DNA from: Mayamaea pseudoterrestris
Lineage: Eukaryota
Direction of reading: 5' to 3'
DNA: 62,867 nt
NCBI GenBank assembly: GCA_027923505.1
Contig: BROI01000034.1
Span: 186,001 to 248,867, forward strand
The notes below the pieces were generated by a model, which saw only the letters and a list, made by a program, of their open reading frames with translations, was not told the DNA's origin and ran no database searches. Below are positions 26,462 through 37,473 of this stretch, piece by piece (positions within the stretch are counted from its first letter, which is position 1; the number at the start of each line of letters is the position of its first letter). Both the position numbers and the translations under genes were made by a program.

Positions 26462-29400
26462 ATGATGACCGTAGAGACCCTTTGTCTCAAGACACCCAAG
26501 CATCCAAACACCGCCGAAGGTCATTCATCCTGGTTCAACGTTTTAGTAGCAATTGCTGAAGCCGGAGGATGTGTTAGACCGATTACAAGTACGAGAGATC
26601 CTCATCTACCAGTTACCGAAAGAGAGGAAGATTTGCCAGTTGTTTTAGACGTAAATGACGGCAATGTCAATCAACAAGAAGCAGACGCCTCGGTTGCGGC
26701 ACGCGCCGAAGCTGAAGCTGCAAGAACACACAACAGCAAGCTGATGAAGTTCCTTACCATCGCCCTGTCAACTAACGAGCTGAGCGGCATCATCAACAAC
26801 GCCAAGACCGCCGGCTACCCAAGAGGAGAAGCACATCTAGTCCTTGCCATACTTGAACGACGTTTCCAACCGAATCGAGTAATCGCCAATACCTTGTTCC
26901 TCCAACAACTTGGAAGCCTCTCTATGGCTAGACCCAACGAAAACCCAAGAACGTTTCTAGATCAAATGTTTGCAGCATCATCACAGTTTGGCCAAGAACT
27001 TACCGGACCGATCCTTTTCAGCAACATTATGAACAAGGCCCCGTCACCATATCGCGTTGCATTAATGACTCTCCAAGAGCGGACGCCCGACAATCCTTTA
27101 ACAGTGGAACAAATCGAACGACAAATGGCGTCCACCTACATCACATCTTTCGCAACCAAAAATGCCTTGGATAGAGATGAAGACCATCGCGAAATGGGAT
27201 TATATGCAGACAACAACAATCGTCCTCCAAGAAACTATCAAGACCGAGACCGACCGCGAGACCAAAACCGCGGCCAGTATCGAGGCAACAACGGAGGCAA
27301 CAACGGATATCAACAAGGACGACAAGGCCAATACTACCAACAGCAACCGCAATTCGAATCAAGACACTTCAATGGCCACTGCAACTGCTGTCGCAAGTGG
27401 GGCCATAGAGAATGCAACTGTTGGGAGCGCGAAGAAAACGCCGACGCAAGACCGTCGAATTGGGTTTCTTGTTTGACAAGTGAGGAACACCAAGCCATTC
27501 GAGACCGAGACAATCGTTATCGACTCGACCGATCGCCAGAGCGACCAAGGGAGTCGTATCCAAGACGTCAAGAGCCAGAGCAACGACGTGGAAATGATCG
27601 CCAAGGAAACGACCGAAACGATCGCAATGATTCACGTCGACCTGAACGACAACGCGAGACCACAAGACGTGACGACCGCCGCCGCGACCAAGGCAGTGAA
27701 AGACGAAGCCAACAACAAGACACTCGAAGAAGAGATGATAGAGATCGCAATCGTCGAAGCGATAGAGACCGTCGAGATCGAGGCGATCGTCAACGTCAAG
27801 GAGGAAGGGAGCAAGCAATGCCCGCCGTTCGAGAAGGATTTCTCCGTCCAGGCGGACGCATACCAGACCGACTGCCGCAAACACAAGAGCGCGCAAGACC
27901 GAACGAAGAAGCTTCATTGTCAACCATTGGAACGGGTGAATATCTGTTATCAAGCATTCGCGTTCGTCATAGCGTGAGTCGAGCAGCATCAAACGGAGCA
28001 TACACGTTAACTGACAGCGATCATCTACAAGACGACGACACATCACCCGCACCTCAAGCGACACGGCTCAATCGTCCACGTAAAACAAAATCCAAGCAAG
28101 TATCCAACAACAAAATATCATGGACACCTGGAATGCCTTGGAGCTTGTGTGAATCTGACACGGAAGACGAAGATGAATCAGACAACGAATGCAGCACTAT
28201 CACCGCAGTAGCAAACAATTACAGCTGCACTTTCGGCAAAGAGCCCATTGTTCCACCACATCTTCGATCCTTCGTAGCATACCCTGCTCTCACAAGCTTT
28301 GACAATGACCAAGAGACCGTCAATATCCCAGCATCAAGCATGGCAACGACTGAAGATGACACTGAAGAACCAAGTGACGCGCCAAAGGAAATTGACTGTC
28401 CACCGCATGAACCAACAGAAGATCCAACCGAAGAGCCAACTGACGATCCTACCGAGGAGCATACAGAAGCATCCTACCCTGACCATAACGCACTAGAAGA
28501 AGAATGGTTAGCGGCTGGTTATGTGCAATGGCGAGGAAGTTGGATACCTCGAGAAGACTTGACGCCAAGCGCTATGGAACGCCTCGCTCAGCACTTGCCG
28601 TCCTTTGCTCCTCCACAACTAAACATACCGACACCGCTGGTCTACACGTTTCCACCAGACGAGGAACCGCCACACCATTTCATACAAAGCATTTTAAATG
28701 TTGAGCCACTTCTGTACACCATGTCGCAAGCAGTTGTCAGCACACTGGAAGAACTCGAAGAACACTTCGGCACTTGTGTCGACAGTGGGTTCACACATCA
28801 AGAAGCCATCGAATCAACTTGCGGATTGTACCACTTCTTCACCGGTTTGCGAGTATGGGATACAGAACGAGTAGAAGTCTCGTACGCACAGTCAGACGAA
28901 GCTTTACTCCCCACAACAACGTCGGATGAAGCTTTCTTGCCCACGACTGCAACAACAGAAGCGATGACTAAAACTCAGTATGATTCGGACGATCCGGACG
29001 CCATTGTTGAGTATACCAATTCAAGCGACTCAAGCGCCAGCAGTTTCAACAGCAACGACACGTTATACTTTCACGCGCGGATTCCTCGACCACCATGGGA
29101 TCACCTTTATCCATCACCAGAATATGGCGATGACAACGAAATCCCTCAAGAAGAATACGATGCAAACATCCAACAAGTACGCGAAGACGAAGCGAACCTT
29201 GATGACCCTGAAGCAAGACAAAGACTGTTAGTGATCGAGCGCGCCAGCACGGCACGTTTCATGGAAGAAATGGAACATTGGTTTGCTCAAGCCATTCAGC
29301 GTCAAGGTCACCCAATTTCAATGGAACAATTTGACGAAGCCATCAACTTTGGCATAGAACAAGAAGTCGCACGTCGCGTCTGCGAAGGCACAACAAGAAC

Positions 29401-32400
29401 CACATACAGCATCGCGCAAATCCTTCGTGAAATCGTCGTTGGATATGTAATGGACTTGTCCATGCGCCGTCTTTGCAAATCGACATGCCGTGGGTACTTT
29501 CCCTTCAAGAACAACCGCAACCCAGACGACAGCGATGATGAAGACCATGTCAATGACACCTCAATGTCTGCCCAACTTGCACGAACGCAGTCCTACATTG
29601 CGAATGCGTTAGACCGTCGAGACGAGGAAGCAGCCGCAGCAGCTGCAGCCAACAACTCTTCAGGGAACTCCAACACGAACAACGCATCAATTTCAAGGAC
29701 CGACAGCACGCTCGCCCTCACAACCACCTTTAATGACTTTGCATTGAGCGCCGTCGTGCGGTCCCTCGGTGTTCCAAATAATATCGACCTTCTATCACAC
29801 CCTGAAATCTTCATTGGCGACACCGGAGCCACTATTGATACGACACCATACCCCGACGGACTCTTCGACACATCTACCATGCACAACGAATCCATAACCA
29901 TGGGTAACCAGACCGTCGCGGATATTCAAGCCATTGGAAAGCTCCGAGTCGTAGTCTGCAATCACACTGGCAAGACCCTTTACCCGGCTGTTCTACAGCA
30001 CGTCGCATACGCCCCTGATTGTGGATACAATTTGTTCAGCATCACTCAACGAATGAAACATGGATGGAGTCTTCACGGCGACGCCGGTCGCATGGCACTA
30101 ACCAAGCCAGGCAATCAACCAATCGTTTTCGACATTGTCATCAACACGCGCAAAGGACAGCTCTACTGCATCCTTTTCAAACGTATCTTTACACCGCCAA
30201 AAGAGACTCCCAAACCACGCATTGAATACGCCTTTGCCAATCCGGCGACTCGACAACTCCCACCACGTCGCCTTTCCTACATGCAAGCACATCAGCTTCT
30301 CGGCCATCAAGGGCCACGCACCACACTAGCAATTGCTGAGCACCTCAAATGGGAAATCACCGGCTCTGCCAAGGATAAATGCACACCATGTACGATCGGC
30401 AAGGCCAAGCGCCGTTCGTTTCCGCAGGTATCGTCTCGCGAGCGCGCCACAGTCCCCGGCAAACATTTGTTCCTTGACCAAACTTCTTTCCGTGTTACCA
30501 AGATTGATCCGAAACTACAACAAGGCCTCCGTCGCCAATGGACATTAATAGTCGACGAGAAGACTGGCTTCAAGCACTCGTTGTTTCATCGCACCAAAGA
30601 CGCCATGGCCGAGCACGTCTGTGAATTGTTCGCTCAATGGTTCCACCAAGGAAAACCGATTAAGTATCTCCGAATGGACAACGCCGGTGAAAACAAGTTG
30701 CTTGCCAAACGCATGTTCAGTTCTGACTGGCAATTCAACATCAACATCGAATGGACTTCCGTCGACTCGCCGCAACAAAACGCCCCAGTCGAAGTCAGCT
30801 TTCCAACGTTGACCAACCGCACTCGAGCCAACATGTACAGCGCCAACATACCGCCTCTTCATCGCTTGTATATTGGACCCGAAGCATTCGACTATGCCAC
30901 CAAGCTTGACGCCCTTGCCATGATAGACGTTAACGGCGTCCTTGCCACTCGACACGAGCACTTTCACGGCGTTGCTTCGCCGATTATTGGAAACCTTCAA
31001 ACATTTGGAGAGGCTGTCACTGTTGTACTTCCCGGTATTCGCACGCATCTATCCGATAAAGGTTTTCAAGGCATCTTTGTCAACTACAGCAGCAACCATC
31101 CGAAAGACTGCTATCGAGTTTACAACCCGGAAACCAAGCGCACACACGACGTTAAGCACATCACTTTCTTGAAACGTCCCTACTTTCAACGCCGCACACG
31201 TCGTGAAATCGTCCCACCAGCTATCGTTGATGTTACATCTGAAAGCTCCGACTCCAGCAGCATGATAATTGAAGTCATTCAAGCCGACGCACCTCACCCA
31301 CTTACGTGTTCCACCACCGCAACACCGATATCCAATCCGCCTGCCCCAGCGGACGTCCAAGCTGGGGAGGTACTAGATCCGAACGCCGAAACTGACGAAT
31401 TTCCAAACGCGGATGACGAGCTTGAACTTCCCGCTGCGCCAGACGCCCCTGCAGACCAAGGCAATCCGCAAGAATCAACAGCAGCGTCTGATGCGCCGAC
31501 CGATCCAATCAACAACAGTGCACAACCGTCAGCCGCACCAGCAGGAAATAGGGCCACCGAAGCAGCACGACGCCACATCAGAAGGGTCAGAGACGAAGCT
31601 GAACGTCGACGACGAGGACATGTCCAGTACACAAGATCAGGACGACCGTCAAGACCACCGACAAGATATGGCCAAGACGAAGATCAAACCCAGTACACAA
31701 GATCTGGAAGACCGATACATCCACCTGCACGTTATGGTCAAATCGCTGCTGACATTGATCCACTCGAAGCTGATGAATACGATTATGAGTCTGAAAACGA
31801 GTCCGACGCCGATCGCGAGTCCTACTCAAGTTCATCGACGGCATCAACTTATTCGCGTACAACAAGTAAATCAGCCGACGAACGCAACAGTTACGGCACA
31901 TGCAGATACATGAATTACTCTGAATCATCGACGAGTCGATCAATCGTTAGCGAACGAAGCATTCGAAGCATAAGCGAGTCATTCAATTCAACTGACAGTG
32001 ACTGCAACAGCGACGACAGCTCAAGCGACGACAACGCTTTGCTTCATTTGACCAACGATGAGTTCCAGCAATTAACTCTGGAAGAACAAGACGAAGTTAT
32101 AGCATACTATTCGAGCAGTGAAAACGATGGAAGAATCCAAATGCCATCATGGTTGACGACAGCCCACACAAACGACGACGAATTCGACAGCCAGTACGAC
32201 ATTGAAAGCGCATCATCTGCCCAACGAAGCGCACCTCTCTCGTCAATCGACGTCGAAACTGTTACAACCACCCGAGCATCGAATGTTGATAGCAGCAAAG
32301 CTCCAAGCCAAGAACTCGGGAAGGGTACGACCGACACAGAAGAGTCATCCATTGAAATAATAGCAACATGCCCAGAACCGAGTGGAGCAGAAGATCAAGC

Positions 32401-34774
32401 CGAAAATAAATCGCACCTCGACAGTCATCTTGAAATCGACAACGGATACAACCAGAACGAACTCGAACAACCAAACCGGTCCGCTCAATCTAAGCACAAG
32501 GAATTTATGCTCGACCATGAGGACCCAGCATTACTACGCAACCTCATCTTCAACGATGTACCAACAAGTATTCGAGTCATAATCGACGAACGCAGTGTTC
32601 CTCCATGCCTACCGACCGATTCAAACTTCGAGTACGCATTTCCAGCATACCAAGCAACACCCACCGCAACAACTCCGACCGACGCCTTCGACAAACACAT
32701 AGAAGACATCTTCAGCGACGAAACACCTGATACTGTTGAATATGCTTTCGTAGGAGCAGGCATTGGCGGAGGATTTGTCACCACCGACGAACTACACGCA
32801 GTAAAATTCAAAGACGCCGTCAATGGTCCGGAGCGCGAACACTGGTTCAAAGCGATAGAAAAAGAGCGCAAGAATTTGGAAAGCCGAGAAGTCGCTATCG
32901 CTGTTCCGCGCAGCCAAGTACCAAGAGACGCCGCACTATTGACAAGCAAGTGGGTATTGCGAAAGAAATCCGACGGAACCTACAAAGCAAGAATAACAGC
33001 ATGAGGATTCCAACAACGCGACGGCGAGCATTACGACAGTCAATCAATTTCGTCGCCAGTCGCTTCACCAACCACAATAAAGCTCATCACAACAATCTCA
33101 GTAATGACAGGATGCGTTCCGCATATAGTCGACATCAGTGGAGCCTTTCTATACGGCACATTTGACGACGACCATCACGTTTACATGGAGATTCCAGAAG
33201 GCTTTCGCGAGCACTACCCGCCCGGACATGTTTGGAGACTTGTCCGCACACTATATGGAACGAAACAAGCCGCAAGAGCGTTCTGGGACAAGCTGTTGTC
33301 AGCACTCCGCAAGATGGGATACGCAAGAAGCGTTGCCGACCCGTGCCTATATTTCAAGTGGGTCAAAGGGCAACTAATCCTAATCGTGTCATGGATCGAC
33401 GACTTATACATCAGCGGACCAGACGACCTCATCAAAGCCACGAAGATAGAACTGAAAGACCATTTCGCATGTGAAGATTGCGGACCGATCAAGGAGTACA
33501 TTGGCTGCAAAGTCGAAATAGGCGACAACTACCAACGATGGACACAACCAGTCCTACTTCAAAGCTTGAAAGACGAATTTGACATACCGACAAAAGGAAA
33601 AGAACCAAGACTGCCTGCACTACCTGGCAGCATCCTACCAAAACTCGACGAAGACGAAGAACTAAGTAACAGACAGCAAACGATCTTCCGTTCAGCAAAC
33701 GGCAAGCTTCTATACCTCGGACGATGGTCAAGACCCAAGGCCCAGTACGCCATTAATGCCAACTGCCGCTACATGAAACAAGCAGGCAAGACACACATGG
33801 CAGAAACAAAACGCACAATGAGATACCTACTATCAACACCAAATAGAGGAAGACTATTCCTACCGACACGAAAGTACCAAGGTCCCAACCATCTATTCCG
33901 CATTCGAGGAATGAGTGATTCGGATTACGCAAAAGACCCCGAGAAGCGCCGCAGCCAAACAGGAGGCATCACCTTTGTAGAAGACGTCCCTGTCTCCGAG
34001 ATATGCCATCTTCAAAAGCTCATATCGCTCTCCGTAACGGAAGCCGAAATGGCCGCAGGAACTGAGACCGCTCAAGACATGCTTCACGTCAAGAACCTAC
34101 TTGAATCAATTGGCTTACAAGTGGAGCTACCAATGATTCTGGAGATCGACAATAGCGGAGCAGTTGATATCGCCAACACTTGGAAGACAGGCGGAAGAAC
34201 AAGACACCCAGACGTACGCCACAACTTCATCCGAGAGCTTAAGGAAGCAGGCATCATACGAGTGAATTGGATTGAAACCAACTTAAACACAGCAGACATT
34301 TTCACCAAGAACCTGGACCAAGTTACCTTCAACCGCCACGCACGAGTACTGGTTGGAGAGGACGAATACATGCCTGAGTCCATCCTCCCCAACGGGAAGG
34401 GTGCTGAAGCCTCGTTTGTGGCCGCCTTCACTTCAGGTTTGAGAAGCCTAGCTGACGAACAACCTGACATCATCACAACCCTAACACATGACGTGAAAGG
34501 AGATCGACCCGAAAGATACTATGACCCTGATTCAGACCCGGAGGAGACCCCGGATGTTAGAGGTCGCATTTTACCAGAAATAAGGAGAACAAACTTACGG
34601 CCTGATTCGATAAGGAGAATGCCCGAAAGAACGGAGATTCGAACCGTAGCCGAGTACCAGGCATCTACAGCGAGGGAACAACCAGGAACCTCCATCTGCC
34701 GAGATGCAGCTATGAAAGGCCTGATGTACACGAGCTCTCCCGAACATTCGGTTCCGACAATCAGACGGAACTAA
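26462..34774 (+). pseudogene. Copia-3 gag-pol, intact except one in-frame TGA (33002-33004) in RT
   Basis: Zinc knuckle CNCCRKWGHRECNC; PR IGDTGAT; IN AHQLLGH..CTPC, MDNAGE, QNAPVE; RT KARITA*GF, DISGAFL, LYGTKQA, WIDD; RH SDSDYA, TEAE, IDNSGA, NTADIFTKNL. The frame continues into the 3' LTR. Confidence 0.93.
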
Positions 34775-34913
34775 TTACGCACGACTAGATTTTAACATTC
34801 GAGCAAACAAGCTCACTCTCCGAAATAACAAAGCTGTTACACCGTAGCATCTTTAGAGGGTCGCAAAGCATTTTAGTCAACACGGATCCGTCAACGAGAT
34901 CTGAGTCCAAGCA
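34402..34913 (+). repeat. Copia-3 3' LTR
   Basis: Follows the PPT and is followed by TSD GACCA. Confidence 0.96.
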
Positions 34914-36348
34914 GACCATTCCATGGTGTAGGCCTCCCGGCAGTCCGTTTTGCTCCATGCTAGACCATCCTCATGTCAATGGCACACCCTGGACATTTTT
35001 TGCCTGACTCATTGGGTTGTTGGGTGGCCAGGGCATGGGGCATTGTAGTGGTATAATTCCATAATTTGGGGTGTTGGCCACACCCAGCCTGCAGACTATT
35101 CCGTGGTGTAGGCCTCCCAGCAGTCAGTTTTGCACCATGTCAGACCATCCACATGTCAATGGCACACCCTGGACATGATTTGCCTGACTCATTGGGTTGT
35201 TGGGTGGCCAGGGCAGGGGGCATTGTAGTGGTATGATTCCATAATTTGGGTGTTGGCCACACCCATCTTGCAGACCATTCCATGGTGTAGGCCTCCAGGC
35301 AGTCCGTTTTGCTCGATGCTAGACCATCCTTTTGTCAACGGCACACCTTCGACATGTTTTGCCTGACTCATTGGGTTGTTGGGTGGCCAGGGCATGGGGC
35401 ATTGTAGTGGTATGATTCCATAATTTGGGGTGTTGGCCACACCCATTTTGCAGATGGTGTAGGCCTCCAGGCAGTCCGTTTTGCACCATTTCAGCCCATC
35501 CTCATGTCAATGGCACACCCTGGACATGTTTTGCCTGACTCATTGGGTTGTTGGGTGGCCAGGGCATGGGGCATTGTAGTGGTATGATTCCATAATTTGG
35601 GGTGTTGGCCACACCCATTTTGCAGATGGTGTAGGCCTCCAGGCAGTCCGTTTTGCACCATTTCAGCCCATCCTCATGTCAATGGCACACCCTGGACATG
35701 TTCTGCCGGACTCATTGGGTTGTTGGGTGGCCAGGGCATGGGGCATTGTAGTGGCATGATTCCATAATTTGGGGTGTTGGCCACACCCAGCCTGCAGACC
35801 ATTCCATGGTGTAGGCCTCCCGGCAGTCCGTTTTGCTCCATGCTAGACCATCCTCATGTCAATGGCACACCCTGGACATTTTTTGCCTGACTCATTGGGT
35901 TGTTGGGTGGCCAGGGCATGGGGCATTGTAGTGGTATAATTCCATAATTTGGGGTGTTGGCCACACCCATCTTGCAGACCATTCCATGGTGTAGGCCTCC
36001 CGGCAGTCCGTTTTGCTCCATGCTAGACCATCCTCTTGTCAACGGCACACTTTCGACATGTTTTGCCTGACTCATTGGGTTGTTGGGTGGCCAGGGCATG
36101 GGGCATTGTAGTGGCATGATTCCATAATTTGGGGTGTTGGCCACACCCAGCCTGCAGACCATTCCATGGTGTAGGCCTCCAGGCAGTCCGTTTTGCATCA
36201 TGTCAGACCATCCTCATGTCAATGGCACACCCTGGACATGTTTGCCTGACTCATTGGGTTGTTGGGTGGCCAGGGCACGGGGCATTGTAGTGGTATGATT
36301 CCATAATTTGGGTGTCGGCCACCCCCATCTTGCAGACCATTCCATGGT
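34914..36348 (+). repeat. 180-bp satellite, right part (~8 copies; two adjacent 170-bp deletion variants at ~35410-35750)
   Basis: Resumes in register after the TSD (GACCA|TTCCATGGTGTAGGCC). Confidence 0.94.
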
Positions 36349-36940
36349 AGCTGGAGCAGGAGGGGCGGGCGGTAGGTGCGGGCATCCCATCGCGTATGGT
36401 GGCCATTGCCTGCTGCAACTGGCGACAGAGGCGAGTTAATTCGGTGGTTTGCGCGAGGTTGGCGTGATCCTGGTAGCAAGCTTGGCCAGCCGTGCAATGC
36501 TCCAAGCGCTTGTCGTTGGCCTTGTTGAAGCGGACCTGGAGATTCTCCATGGTGCGATCCACCTCATTGACATCGCGGTCGTAGACAGCGAGATCGGCGG
36601 CAAACACGCCACTGTTGATGAGGACGAGGAGCGTGTCGTGGATCTGTTGTTCCGGTGGAATGGGCGTGCCGGCATCGTCGGCAAAGTCGTTGATGTCGGT
36701 GATGCAACTCCCAATGCGCTCAATGGGAACGTTGGGATTTCATGGCGTGAGGAGACGAAGAACGTTGTCTTTGCGCTCTTGGTTGGAAACGCGTCTGTAG
36801 GTAGCTGTGAGATGTGTGACATCTGTAGAATGGTGATGTTGGCATAGAGGGAATGACGGTTCTGGAGGACGGAATAGTAGTCTTCGTCAAGCGCGACAAG
36901 TAAGCAAGCCTTGAGTGCAGTGTGGGCAACGAGCATGGGA
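36349..36940 (-). pseudogene. Internal gag fragment of another diatom-type LTR retrotransposon
   Basis: With one frameshift and one TGA it translates as YANITILQM/THLTATYRRVSNQERKDNVLRLLTP*NPNVPIE..INDFADDAGTPIPPEQQI..LINSGVF..RTMENLQVRF..TAGQACY. This resembles the PWDP..PIE type gag of diatom copia as I recall it. No LTR or TSD. Confidence 0.65.
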
Positions 36941-37473
36941 AGAATCTGCAACTTGTGGTGTTGGCCATACCCACAGTGGAGGCCGTACCCATGGTGTCAG
37001 CCTCCAGGCAGTCCTTTTTGCACCATTTGAGACTATGCACCTGTCAATGGCATACCCTGGACATGTTTTGCCTGACTCGTTGGGTATTTGGGTGGCCAGG
37101 GCATGGGGCGTTTGACAGGTCAGAATCCACAACTTGTGGTGTTGGCCATACCCACAGTGGAGGCCGTACCCATGGTGTCAGCCTCCAGGCAGTCCTTTTT
37201 GCACCATTGAGACTCTGCACCTGTCAATGGCATACCCTGGACATTGTTTTATCTGACTTATTGGGTATTTGGGTGGCCAGGGCATGGGGCGTTTGACAGG
37301 TCAGAATCTACAACTTGTGGTGTTGGCCATACCCACAGTGGAGGCCGTACCCATGGTGTCAGCCTCCAGGCAGTCCTTTTTGCACCATTTGAGACTCTGC
37401 ACCTGTCAATGGCAAATGATTGGTCATGTTTTGCCTGCCTCATTGGGTATATGGGTGGCCAGGGCATGGGGCG
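36941..37473 (+). repeat. 181-bp satellite variant (3 copies), diverged relative of the 180-bp family
   Basis: AGAATC recurs at 36941, 37122 and 37303. Shares GCCTCCAGGCAGTCC, TGTCAATGGCA.ACCCTGGACATGTTTTGCCTGACTC and GGGTGGCCAGGGCATGGGGC with the 180-mer. Confidence 0.92.

Larger units (their letters stand above)
24294..34913 (+). mobile_element. Full-length 10.6-kb Ty1/copia 'Copia-3' with extra upstream ORF
   Basis: 512-bp LTRs at 24294-24805 and 34402-34913 (TGCT...AGCA, 3 differences). 5-bp TSD GACCA at 24289-24293 and 34914-34918. PPT GGGAAGGG at 34394-34401. Confidence 0.97.

Noticed and set aside
36941..37473. 5S rRNA origin of the 180/181-bp satellite (GGCCATACC and GCCTGAC...GGGTGGCCA resemble 5S segments)
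   Set aside because: The spacing between the motifs (~105 nt) is much longer than in 5S, and the comparison is from memory. An Infernal RF00001 search would settle it.
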